Shown here piece after piece: positions 18,505 through 27,606 of a stretch of DNA of 64,000 nt; position 1 is the stretch's first letter, and every line of letters begins with the position of its first letter. Under the pieces are notes generated by a model. It did no database searches and was not told where the DNA came from. It saw only the letters and a program-made list of their open reading frames with translations. The stretch is from the IMG/VR virus record IMGVR_UViG_2706796186_000001, positions 96,001 through 160,000 of that record; one strand, written 5' to 3'. The DNA comes from a virus. Taxonomy: Duplodnaviria > Caudoviricetes. A program made the translations under genes and the position numbers.

Positions 18505-18541
18505 GCCCTACTCCTTCGGGAGTAGGGTTTCTTCTTTTTTT
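18505..18541 (+). terminator. Rho-independent terminator (UUCG loop)
   Basis: GCCCTACTCC-TTCG-GGAGTAGGGT plus T-tract. Confidence 0.9.
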
Positions 18542-18564
18542 GTTTACTCGCAATAAAAAATATT

Positions 18565-18588
18565 TCAGATATATATTACCTAGGTGAG
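18565..18588 (+). promoter_or_regulatory. Putative phage early promoter
   Basis: TCAGATATATATTACCTAGGTGAG; contains an exact TATATTAC. Confidence 0.8.
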
Positions 18589-18645
18589 AGTTGAGTAATA
18601 ATCTTCTCTTAACCATCCTATTAATAGACTATCGAGGAATACATC

Positions 18646-19071
18646 ATGAACACAGTTATCACTCTGAACGACACCATCCGTGAAGTAGCTCGCCGTAACC
18701 CAGCAGCTCTGTTATCCGTAGTTGGCATGTATGCGGGTACCGGTCGTGTCAATGATATCCCGGTGGAAACACTGGAAGCTGCAATCGAGAAAGCGCACGA
18801 AGCAGGACGCAACACACCTGTTCCTAATCGTGAAAATTTCGACAGTGACATGGCCTACAACGACCAAGTCAATCAGCTGACCATCATCAAAGCACTGGCA
18901 ACTAATCTCTGCTATGGCTTTACTGCGGATAACATCCCAGACATGATTGATGAAATGTACGACCGTATGGAAAGTCATGAAGAAGTGTGGGATGCCTACA
19001 CGGCCATCACTGTATCCACGCGTCGGATGGAAGAAGCTTTCATGGAGAAAGCGAAAACCGAACTGTTCTAA
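18646..19071 (+). CDS. Hypothetical early protein
   Basis: GAGGA RBS, directly downstream of the early motif. Confidence 0.8.
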   Translation: MNTVITLNDTIREVARRNPAALLSVVGMYAGTGRVNDIPVETLEAAIEKAHEAGRNTPVPNRENFDSDMAYNDQVNQLTIIKALATNLCYGFTADNIPDMIDEMYDRMESHEEVWDAYTAITVSTRRMEEAFMEKAKTELF

Positions 19072-19078
19072 TATACCT

Positions 19079-19102
19079 ACCCCTACCCAATTGGGTAGGG
19101 GT
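19079..19102. repeat. Perfect 24-bp palindrome/hairpin
   Basis: ACCCCTACCC-AATT-GGGTAGGGGT; no clear T-tract. Confidence 0.8.
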
Positions 19103-19143
19103 TAACTTAACTTATCTTAAAATATAAATACTGGAGAATCACC

Positions 19144-19365
19144 ATGCGCAACTTATTCACTACTAACAAAGCTATCGTTGAAACTGTTAAACCTGCTGGC
19201 AAGAAAGAAGACATGCTGGACCTGCTGCTGAAACTGAACAGCAATGAGCTGACCGCAGTTATGGCTGAGATGAAAAAGGGTGACCCTATGGTCAGCAAAG
19301 TCGAAGCCATCTACGACCGCAAGTCTGATGGCAAGATGAAAAGCACCATGCTGTTCATGTGCTAA
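19144..19365 (+). CDS. Hypothetical small protein
   Basis: GGAG RBS, 73 aa. Confidence 0.75.
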   Translation: MRNLFTTNKAIVETVKPAGKKEDMLDLLLKLNSNELTAVMAEMKKGDPMVSKVEAIYDRKSDGKMKSTMLFMC

Positions 19366-19390
19366 GGGTAAATGATGCGACAACCAATAC

Positions 19391-19447
19391 GCTGACTCTC
19401 GGTTACCCGAGAGTCAGCTGAGGCGTGTGTGTCATTTATTTTTTTTT
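19391..19447 (+). terminator. Hairpin plus T-tract (terminator or structured 3' element)
   Basis: GCTGACTCTCGG-TTAC-CCGAGAGTCAGC; T-tract about 20 nt downstream. Confidence 0.55.
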
Positions 19448-19545
19448 GATTTTTCCCGTGGTTGACACACTCTTCTTTTTTCTTGTTGGATAAGCGGCAA
19501 GATGCTATGGACGTCACCCCATCACTTACATGAGGAACATGCACC

Positions 19546-21348
19546 ATGGTTATCACTGCTACTGCTTCTGACCGTTGTGCATCAATTGGCGCATTGCGCG
19601 CGAGTGAGCCGGTATTCCCCGGACAACGTATTGATTTGAAAGAATATCGTCAAGGCTCCGGCTTTGGTGGTGGTTTCTTTATTCACGACGACACCGACAC
19701 GTCAACTCCTGATGATGGCGGCTATTGTGTTGTCACCCCTAAAGGTGCTCGCTGGAAACGTGCACTGAACTCCCTGCATGAGCTGAACATTTGTCACTTT
19801 GGCGCAGAAGGGAACGGAGTCGATACCGCAGACGCGTTTGCGCGAATGATGGCCTTCTCCCAAAAGAACATTCCGGGTATGGGCGTGCAGTATCCGACCG
19901 GTACCTTTAAACTGTCGAAATTCACCAACACAAAAGAACTGGGACGCTTCCGCGTCGCCGGTGCTCCGATTGACGCTGACTACGGTTACTTCACGGGCAC
20001 CACGCTTTACGGCAACAACGACCAAGAAGGGTTCATCTTGGATATTGTTGCACGACGTACTGCTATTTCGAATATCAACTTCGAAGGGGCAGTCGATATC
20101 AACGCGGAGAGCAACAAGAAGGTTGCCGGTAAGATGGGCTTCCTGCGCAACACCTGTCCGGGCGGTCAGTACATCCGCGTCGGTAACTGGACCAGCTCGT
20201 TTGTGGGTGGTGTGACCTTTAGCATCCTTGATGCGTTGGACACCAAGTTCGACCAGTTCTACGTGTCTAAACACACCAACAGCTTTATTCGTGGTCGTTG
20301 GTCTGGCCAGACGTGGGGTGTGTGGGATCACGAAACCGCCATTGAGCTGTGCAACTTCAACATCCAGAGTTGTACTGGCCCACATGCGCTTGACCTGCCG
20401 CGTGCGACACAGTCACAAATTACCAACGGTTGGATTGAGCACACCGAGAATCCGGGCGACCTGTCTGATGGCCATTGGCTGATTGACAACTTCTCGATTG
20501 AAGACTCGGGCAAAATGCTAATTCAAAACGCCCGCCTAACGCGCCATCACATCAACCTGCAAGGGACGAGTGGTTTCGACAAGGGCACTGGCGTATCGAA
20601 TTGGCCGGGGCTGTCTGGGTACGAGAAAGGTGACCTACAGCTCGAATGGCACGGCATTGAAGCCGCGGGTTCTATTGCTGCAAAATACTTTGCCCCCATC
20701 GGTCGCATGGATAACAACAAAGCTACTTCGCAGTGGTTCTATCTGGGCAGCATCCGTACCACTGGTGTGGGTGAGAACGTCAAGATTACCCTGCAAGGCA
20801 CCCGTGGTTATAACGGTGTGAATGCCAGTGAAACCCGTTTGGGTGGCGGTGGTAGTGCACACGGCGCGGGTATCATCAGTATCAAAACTGTCTCGTCTAA
20901 CTACGCCGATGTGCAATGGGATGGAAAAGGTTCCTGCCCGGTGAAGAACGTGAAGTTCACGAAGCCGTTCAAGAACACCTGCCACCTCTTCGTTGAGTTG
21001 TTTGACTGGACGCGTTACATCTCACCGAAAGTTGAGGTGACTTCGAAGTCACGTTTTGAAGCCGGTATTCCATTCGACTTCAGTTTCGTAGGCACACCGA
21101 TTTCGCTTGAAGAAATGCAAGCGTTGGCTGATGCGCAGACTGCGGCAGCGGGTAACACCGTGACATTGAACGATGCCATTACCGGCATGTATCTGGGTGC
21201 CAAGAACGGTATCGGTTGGAACGGAAACGGTGAACTGCTGTTACGCTTTGCATTAACTAACGGGTATTTACCTGTGCGGATTACCGATCCGGTAACCGAA
21301 CGTGTAACCCAAGGGTACATCAAAGTCGAAACATCGTTGCCGGTGTAA
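19546..21348 (+). CDS. AmsF/WceF-like tailspike-fold (beta-helix) EPS-active protein
   Basis: N-terminal LRASEP..PGQRI..Y..GSGFGGGFF..DDGG..GARWKR module, then HFGAEGNGVD (pectate-lyase-3-type start) and beta-rich repeats. Confidence 0.7.
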   Translation: MVITATASDRCASIGALRASEPVFPGQRIDLKEYRQGSGFGGGFFIHDDTDTSTPDDGGYCVVTPKGARWKRALNSLHELNICHFGAEGNGVDTADAFARMMAFSQKNIPGMGVQYPTGTFKLSKFTNTKELGRFRVAGAPIDADYGYFTGTTLYGNNDQEGFILDIVARRTAISNINFEGAVDINAESNKKVAGKMGFLRNTCPGGQYIRVGNWTSSFVGGVTFSILDALDTKFDQFYVSKHTNSFIRGRWSGQTWGVWDHETAIELCNFNIQSCTGPHALDLPRATQSQITNGWIEHTENPGDLSDGHWLIDNFSIEDSGKMLIQNARLTRHHINLQGTSGFDKGTGVSNWPGLSGYEKGDLQLEWHGIEAAGSIAAKYFAPIGRMDNNKATSQWFYLGSIRTTGVGENVKITLQGTRGYNGVNASETRLGGGGSAHGAGIISIKTVSSNYADVQWDGKGSCPVKNVKFTKPFKNTCHLFVELFDWTRYISPKVEVTSKSRFEAGIPFDFSFVGTPISLEEMQALADAQTAAAGNTVTLNDAITGMYLGAKNGIGWNGNGELLLRFALTNGYLPVRITDPVTERVTQGYIKVETSLPV

Positions 21349-21354
21349 TATTGT

Positions 21355-21390
21355 GTGGGGCACCTCGGTGTCCCACTTTATTCTTTTTTT
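21355..21390 (+). terminator. Rho-independent terminator
   Basis: GTGGGGCACC-TC-GGTGTCCCAC plus T-tract. Confidence 0.75.
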
Positions 21391-21486
21391 GTGCCAAACA
21401 AGATGGGCCTTTAATATGCTGGCAGGGGGTTAACATTACCGCGGTAGTGTTTGGCCTTATTACACCTTAATAACCGAGTTAACGCG

Positions 21487-22281
21487 ATGTCTTTTAAATC
21501 CAAACAGAATCTGCTTAAACTCATCAACAAAGAGAACAAAATCTCCCCGGAGCTGACGTTCGATGATGTTGATATCTCTCTGCCGGAGGTGGTTTCAGTC
21601 GACGGTCGTGATTCAAAGGTTACGTTAACCTCGAAAATCAGGGGCGACGAAGGATCACAGGTTGAGGTGACATACCACCGTCGCGATCTACCTGACTATA
21701 TTCTCGGCGATCTGAGGTTCGATACAATCGGTGTGGTCACGACCCACGATTATATTCCCGCGCTAAACGATCGTTTCGATTTGAACCTGCTTCCGGAAGA
21801 CCTGGAAGACGCCCCGGTCGCGGGTGATTCGCATACGGTAGTTGCCGTGCCGACATCACACGAATGGCGTGGGAGCGTTACATTACAACTTGTTACCGCA
21901 GTACCGTTAGCATCTGTTGTCCCTCTTACTGAATTAGATGGACTGTTGTATCCTGATCATCAAACGACGACGCTGGGGCAAGCCTCCGTGTACTCGTACT
22001 ATTTGGATGCAAGTAAACTGGCTAGCTGGGTTCCTTCACTGCGCGCCGGTACAGCGGACATGACTGCCTTTGCGAAGGCGTTAAATACGATTGTACCTGA
22101 GCTGTGGGTAAATGAACTCAATGCGGTACCTTACAACCTTTCACAAGCAGTAGTCCAGTTTTACGGCAGCCCGTCGATGATTGCTGGTACGAACCCGGCG
22201 TTTGACAGTGTCCTCGGCTTAGAGTTGGGTCCACTGTGTACGAACTTCCAGGGCACCTTACTGCTGCACTTTAACAACTAG
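21487..22281 (+). CDS. Putative virion structural protein, paralog family A
   Basis: LLKLINKEN..RDSKV..VTYHRRDL..LNDRFDL motifs; C-terminal GTLLLHFN. Confidence 0.75.
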   Translation: MSFKSKQNLLKLINKENKISPELTFDDVDISLPEVVSVDGRDSKVTLTSKIRGDEGSQVEVTYHRRDLPDYILGDLRFDTIGVVTTHDYIPALNDRFDLNLLPEDLEDAPVAGDSHTVVAVPTSHEWRGSVTLQLVTAVPLASVVPLTELDGLLYPDHQTTTLGQASVYSYYLDASKLASWVPSLRAGTADMTAFAKALNTIVPELWVNELNAVPYNLSQAVVQFYGSPSMIAGTNPAFDSVLGLELGPLCTNFQGTLLLHFNN

Positions 22282-22290
22282 GAGGGCTGA

Positions 22291-23133
22291 GTGTCTATCT
22301 ACAAGAAACCCTCACGCGAGATGTTGTTAGATGCCATCAACCGCCAGAACAACCTGACGGCAAAACCCCTGACATGGAACCAAATCGCTTCGGGTTATCC
22401 TGAAGAGGTGTTGACTCCTGGGGCTGATCGCAATACCCGTGTGCTGTTATACGGTCTGAACGGTCAGGGCTATAAAGGGAACGTCACGATTGAGTACGAC
22501 CGTATTCTCATGTCGATTTTGTTCCGCAATGTGATCCCAGTGGTGATTACCAATCCGGTCGATAAAGTTTCCCAACTGTTGCCTGCCATAAACGAGAAGT
22601 ACGGCCTGTCACTGGTTGCTAGCGACATTGAAGACTTCTCCGTGAAAGACATGGGTGAGAATTGGATTGCAGACGTCAACATTAAACCGGCCTGTCTGGC
22701 TTGGAAGGGTACGTTCAAACTGCGTTACGCGAAGTTCTTCCCGAACCTTGCCGATGCGGTCATGGACCAAGCCCTGTTGGCGATTATCCCACCGTTTACT
22801 GTCGCTGCGAAACCGCAAGCGGAATACGTGGCGTACGGATACGACTGGACGAACATGCTGCAACAGTTCGGAACCGATTGGGCGTACAACCGTGCGCTAA
22901 CTGCTGATGATGTGGATTTGCTCAACGAGGTCGTGCCATTGAAATTTGGCTACGTCACCGGAGCCACTGCACAAACCGGGCAGATTGCGTTACAGGGTGC
23001 GCGCTTTATGGGAACGGCTGCCGTTACACCGGGTGACCAGTATGACGACTCGTTCCAGCGTGTGGCGGTTATCAAGCTAGCGGCAGACAGCAACTACGCG
23101 GGTAATCTCATCCTTCACTATCTGCCGATATAA
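22291..23133 (+). CDS. Putative virion structural protein, paralog family A
   Basis: GTG start with GGAGG RBS; RNTRV..YDRI..INEKYGL; GNLILHY. Confidence 0.75.
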   Translation: MSIYKKPSREMLLDAINRQNNLTAKPLTWNQIASGYPEEVLTPGADRNTRVLLYGLNGQGYKGNVTIEYDRILMSILFRNVIPVVITNPVDKVSQLLPAINEKYGLSLVASDIEDFSVKDMGENWIADVNIKPACLAWKGTFKLRYAKFFPNLADAVMDQALLAIIPPFTVAAKPQAEYVAYGYDWTNMLQQFGTDWAYNRALTADDVDLLNEVVPLKFGYVTGATAQTGQIALQGARFMGTAAVTPGDQYDDSFQRVAVIKLAADSNYAGNLILHYLPI

Positions 23134-23141
23134 GGATTCCC

Positions 23142-23987
23142 ATGCCACTTTTAGCTACCGCAGAAGAAGTTATTCTGAAAGCGTTGAATACCGAAAACAG
23201 TCTCGACCTTAAAGTCGCAGAGGTGGTCTTCGGTACACCGGCCATTCCTACAGAACCGGACGATGTCACCAAAGCCCAGGGCTTAAACAGCATGGTGCGT
23301 ATCCAAGCATTGGCGACTGCTAATGCCATTGGAGCCACCACCGTGTACTACGACCGGGTCGACTTTGCCGACATGTTTACCGGCGTGGACGGTATCCAGC
23401 CGATGCGCATTCCCGCGCGTTTAGATGCTGTCTTTACCGCACACCAAATCGTGGGGTTGATTAACCAATACTACGGTTTGAGTCTACGGGCGAATGATAT
23501 TGTTGATACGGACATCGACCGCAAAACCTGGATGATGGATTTGATTGCAACACCAACCTCCTTAGGGTGGATTGGACAGCAGCAGATTCAGCTGTTACCA
23601 GGTGATGCCCTCCTGCCGATCAACTTTGAACCGGTGACGGTGATGCCGTACGAGTACCCGTACTTCAATACGAAGGTCGGGCAATCCGCAGTGTATTCGT
23701 ATCCATGGCGTTTTGACAATTATGCAGCAGAGTTCCAGAACGCTGGGTTGTATATCACCCCTGAGCGTCTGGCGCAGATTCTGAAGACAGTCACCGGCGA
23801 CGGGTGGATGGTGTACCGTAACCCGGTTAACTACAACCTGAAAGAAGCCATCGTGGTGTATAACGGCCCGAACAAAGCATCGTTCCCGACCAACCCCTCG
23901 ATTGACAATGTTCTGGTAGTCGAGCTGTCACTGTACAGTCTTAACCTTGGTGGACGTTTGTACCTCCACTACAACGATCCTGATTAA
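23142..23987 (+). CDS. Putative virion structural protein, paralog family A
   Basis: YYDRVD..INQYYGL..GRLYLHYND. Confidence 0.75.
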   Translation: MPLLATAEEVILKALNTENSLDLKVAEVVFGTPAIPTEPDDVTKAQGLNSMVRIQALATANAIGATTVYYDRVDFADMFTGVDGIQPMRIPARLDAVFTAHQIVGLINQYYGLSLRANDIVDTDIDRKTWMMDLIATPTSLGWIGQQQIQLLPGDALLPINFEPVTVMPYEYPYFNTKVGQSAVYSYPWRFDNYAAEFQNAGLYITPERLAQILKTVTGDGWMVYRNPVNYNLKEAIVVYNGPNKASFPTNPSIDNVLVVELSLYSLNLGGRLYLHYNDPD

Positions 23988-24007
23988 TCCTGAGTAAGGG
24001 AAGTTAA

Positions 24008-24919
24008 ATGAAACCTTTAAACAAAACGTCTGACCTGCTGGTTCTGGACTTCATCAACGAAAAGAACCCAGGTGCCGACCTCGAGTTGGGCAAAGTCAAA
24101 CTGGGTACGCCGGTTCCGATTACCGAAGAAGACGCCGACCGTAACACCTCGCTGGAACTGACCGCACGTAAGAACTCCGGTTACATCGGCAAACAAGGCG
24201 TTACCTACGACCGTTTGGAAGGTGTGTCGCTGTTCCGTAACGTCACTGCGTATCTGGACGTTAAGCTGCCGAAAACCACCACCGATCTGCTGCCGACCCT
24301 GAACGCGCAGTATGGCCTGAAAATCACCGAAGACGATATCGTCCCGGCGGCGATTGCAGACAACACCAACCCACCGTTGACTGACCCGGAAGCGCCAGAC
24401 CCAGCTCCGGTTGATCATGACATCGTCTTCAAAGACGACTGCTATGCGTACCTTGGTAAAATTGCGGTGAAAATTGGGCCACGTCCACAGGTGGGTGAGC
24501 GTTTGAGCTTGGTCGTTACCCAGACCAAACTTGATGGCTTGGTGTACCCGGATGGCCCGTCTGATGATAAAGGTCAGGCGTACATCTACTCCTACGGCGT
24601 CGACGCCTCGGCAATTGCACCGTTCTTGGATGTGCAGGCAACTGGCGTTATGGCCAACGATACCGCGTTTGCGGTTGAGCTGAACAAAGTGGTGCCTGAG
24701 CTGTGGGTTGCGGACGATGCTGTCCACGACTACAACCTGAAAGGCGCGAACGTGCTGTACGTGGGTCTGACTGCGGATGACGGTACTGCAACCGGTACCG
24801 ATCCGAAGAAACCGGTAGAAGGTGCGAACCTGTCCTACAACAAAGTGATGTTGCTGGAGCTGGACGACACCAAGTGCTCTAACTTCACCGGTATCATGTT
24901 CCTGCACTTCAATGCCTAA
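24008..24919 (+). CDS. Putative virion structural protein, paralog family A
   Basis: RNTSL..TYDRL..LNAQYGL..GIMFLHFN; Pro-rich insertion. Confidence 0.75.
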   Translation: MKPLNKTSDLLVLDFINEKNPGADLELGKVKLGTPVPITEEDADRNTSLELTARKNSGYIGKQGVTYDRLEGVSLFRNVTAYLDVKLPKTTTDLLPTLNAQYGLKITEDDIVPAAIADNTNPPLTDPEAPDPAPVDHDIVFKDDCYAYLGKIAVKIGPRPQVGERLSLVVTQTKLDGLVYPDGPSDDKGQAYIYSYGVDASAIAPFLDVQATGVMANDTAFAVELNKVVPELWVADDAVHDYNLKGANVLYVGLTADDGTATGTDPKKPVEGANLSYNKVMLLELDDTKCSNFTGIMFLHFNA

Positions 24920-24990
24920 GTAGGTCTCGCTGGGAGGGGGAAATCCTCCTCCTGGCGTTCTCCTTTCTTTTTTAGGCCGAGGAGGCTAGC

Positions 24991-25830
24991 ATGGCTTTAT
25001 ACAGTCTGTCTCAGCGACAGTTCCTGTACGATGCGATTAACGCGGAGAACCCAGGGGCCATTGAGCCGATGGGGCTGAACAACGCCGACATTGGCGTACC
25101 GAAAGCCATTCCCGCGACCCCCAGTGGAGCCAACACCGAGATTACCGTTCGTGGGCGTCAAGGGCGTGGTTACGTGGGCGTACAGACCTTCCGTTACAAA
25201 CGTCTGTCCCTGAATGATTTGTTCAAGAACATGACGCCACAGGTGACTTCTCCGAATGCGTACGGGTGGCTCAACGTATTGTCGAAGAAGACCGCGTTTG
25301 TGCAAAACATCAACGGCCGTTATGGCATGAATTTGGTGCCGGACGATATCCCGGATGTGTACGTTTACCTGAACGTGAATAACACAGTGTCAGTGAAAGC
25401 GAGCTGTATTCAATATATCGGCTCCATTACCTTCCTGTCTATCCGGGGCAAGAACAACTTGGAAGAACTGGTGGTGAACGATATTCTGAACGAACTGTCA
25501 CACCCAGTCCCGCCGAAAGACGGGAAGAAATCCATGGCGCTGTTGACTTACGGTCAGGACTTTACTGACGAAGTCCAAGTCATGAACTCGTTTAAGAACG
25601 GGCGTCTGGATGTGGGCAGTAACTTTGATAGCGGCTACACCACCAACTTGATGGCAACCTTGGTTGCGCGCGGACTACCAAGCTTTGACCCGACCGGGGT
25701 AAATGTGACCCGTTCGAAGACCACAGCCGTGACGGGTGCGAACACAGCGTACGATAACGTGCTGGTATTGAGTGATATTACCCTCGATGCCAACGTCGCT
25801 GGCAGCTGCATGCTTCACTACAACGATTAG
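24991..25830 (+). CDS. Putative virion structural protein, paralog family A
   Basis: ANTEI..RYKRL..INGRYGM..GSCMLHYND. Confidence 0.75.
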   Translation: MALYSLSQRQFLYDAINAENPGAIEPMGLNNADIGVPKAIPATPSGANTEITVRGRQGRGYVGVQTFRYKRLSLNDLFKNMTPQVTSPNAYGWLNVLSKKTAFVQNINGRYGMNLVPDDIPDVYVYLNVNNTVSVKASCIQYIGSITFLSIRGKNNLEELVVNDILNELSHPVPPKDGKKSMALLTYGQDFTDEVQVMNSFKNGRLDVGSNFDSGYTTNLMATLVARGLPSFDPTGVNVTRSKTTAVTGANTAYDNVLVLSDITLDANVAGSCMLHYND

Positions 25831-25840
25831 GAAATAACTA

Positions 25841-26728
25841 ATGGCTATTTATCAACCTTCGAAAGACGTCCTGTTGGCGGCAGTGAACAGCCAGAACTCG
25901 CTGAGCGTTAAGATGACCGACATCGTGTGGTCTGCACCGAAGGACATCCGTGGGACCGACAAGGAAACCACCACCCAGCGTAACACGATGGTGAAAATCA
26001 CCGCTGACGGTGTGGTAGGCTCTACTTGGTCGGGAAAGAAAAACCTGTACTACAACCGCATGAAAGTGCAAGACCTCGCCATCATCCTGGGTGATACCCT
26101 AGCGATTGGTCCGTCTAACTCGACACTGCATGCTGCTTTGGTGGGTCTGAATCAGCGCTACGGTTTTGCGCTGGAAAACACCGACTGGTTAGAAGCCGAC
26201 ATCGAATGGAACGGCGATAAAACCGCCGGTACCGTGAAAGTGACCGCTGACCCAGACTCCCTAGGCTGGATTGGCACCTACACCTTCAAAGTAGTGAAAG
26301 GTGACGAGTCCTTGGTGTCCTCTGTAACCACCAACGTCCTGACCGGTCTCAAATACCCGAACGGGCAGATGGGTTCCGAAACCGTCAGTGCGATTATCGC
26401 TCCGGTGTACTCGTACCCGTACAACTTCACCAAGTACCGCGACACCCTGTTGGCGTACACGCCTGGTGTCCTGTCTGGTCAACCACTGACCGACATGGTC
26501 AATCTGCTGAAAGACATCACCGGGACGGCGTGGGTAGCAACCACTGCGGCTTCTTACGGTCTGGCGGGTGCAGAAGTGCTGAGCGTGGGTCTCAACGATC
26601 CAGTTGCAATGCCAACCAACGCGAAGTACAAGTACGCCTTGGCCCTCAAACTGCCTGCGACCTGTACCACCATCGTCGGTACCCTGTACCTCCAGTTCAA
26701 CGACCTGGACGACCCAAGCGAGGTATAA
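25841..26728 (+). CDS. Putative virion structural protein, paralog family A
   Basis: RNTMV..YYNRM..LNQRYGF..GTLYLQFND. Confidence 0.75.
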   Translation: MAIYQPSKDVLLAAVNSQNSLSVKMTDIVWSAPKDIRGTDKETTTQRNTMVKITADGVVGSTWSGKKNLYYNRMKVQDLAIILGDTLAIGPSNSTLHAALVGLNQRYGFALENTDWLEADIEWNGDKTAGTVKVTADPDSLGWIGTYTFKVVKGDESLVSSVTTNVLTGLKYPNGQMGSETVSAIIAPVYSYPYNFTKYRDTLLAYTPGVLSGQPLTDMVNLLKDITGTAWVATTAASYGLAGAEVLSVGLNDPVAMPTNAKYKYALALKLPATCTTIVGTLYLQFNDLDDPSEV

Positions 26729-26731
26729 TGA

Positions 26732-27559
26732 ATGCTCAACTATGCTAAGCCGTCGAACGAACTGGTCTTTGACCTGATTAACCGCGACAACCCGAACCTG
26801 CCGTTCAAAGCCGATGCATCCAACTGTATCGTTGAGAAGGTGACACGGGTCTCGGTTAACGCCGCGTCCAACAACCGTAATACTTCTGCACGTCTGCGTG
26901 GCGTGCAGGGCACCGGCTTCCGTGATGCCATTACGGTGTATTACGACCGTGTTGATTTGGCACGTCTGTTGCCGTGGGGTACCACGGTGCAGGCTCAGTT
27001 CGTGACCTTTGATGCGCCTAACCTGCATTCGGCGTTTGCGGTGCTGCTCGATACCTACGGGGTAAACTTCTCGGCTATCGACATCACCAACTATGGCCTG
27101 AACGGGGTGAAGCAAGCGAACTACACCTCGACCACCACCATTAACGCCCTGACAAACTCCCCGGCCTACGTCGGGTCAGCTAACGTGCGTTACAGTCGTG
27201 GTCTGCCGGTACTCGACACCTCGATTACCAAAGAGGTGTTAGTGGCACTTCAGGAACCGGTTGACCCGGCGCTGAGTCAGAAGTGTATTGACATGCTGAC
27301 TTATGGTATCGATTTCACCGCGTACCGAAACCTGCTGACGGTCGACGCTTCTGGTCTGCCACAATGGGCGGGGCTGCGGAAGATTCTGGATGACCTCGGC
27401 GTGCCGAGTTATTCCGGTCCGTTGAACAGCAACACCGTGCAGGACGTGGCAACGTCAACGGCCCAATTCGCCAACAAAATCTATGACCGTGTGGTTATCC
27501 AAACGGGTATCGATGAAGCGGGTGTGAAGGGTGTGGCGTACTATCACTACAACAGCTAA
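26732..27559 (+). CDS. Putative virion structural protein, paralog family A
   Basis: LINRDNP..RNTSA..YYDRVDL..GVAYYHYN. Confidence 0.75.
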   Translation: MLNYAKPSNELVFDLINRDNPNLPFKADASNCIVEKVTRVSVNAASNNRNTSARLRGVQGTGFRDAITVYYDRVDLARLLPWGTTVQAQFVTFDAPNLHSAFAVLLDTYGVNFSAIDITNYGLNGVKQANYTSTTTINALTNSPAYVGSANVRYSRGLPVLDTSITKEVLVALQEPVDPALSQKCIDMLTYGIDFTAYRNLLTVDASGLPQWAGLRKILDDLGVPSYSGPLNSNTVQDVATSTAQFANKIYDRVVIQTGIDEAGVKGVAYYHYNS

Positions 27560-27564
27560 GTGTG

Positions 27565-27589
27565 GGGGTCCTTCGGGACCCCTTCTTCT
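27565..27589 (+). terminator. Hairpin/weak terminator (UUCG loop)
   Basis: GGGGTCC-TTCG-GGACCCC then TTCTTCT. Confidence 0.6.
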
Positions 27590-27606
27590 GGCGATGCGGA
27601 GTCCCT

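Noticed and set aside
24017-24907. 296-aa minus-strand ORF (likewise 19702-20385, 26261-27115, 40255-40986, 47799-48491)
   Set aside because: Antisense to well-supported genes, with no motifs; explained by codon bias on the coding strand.
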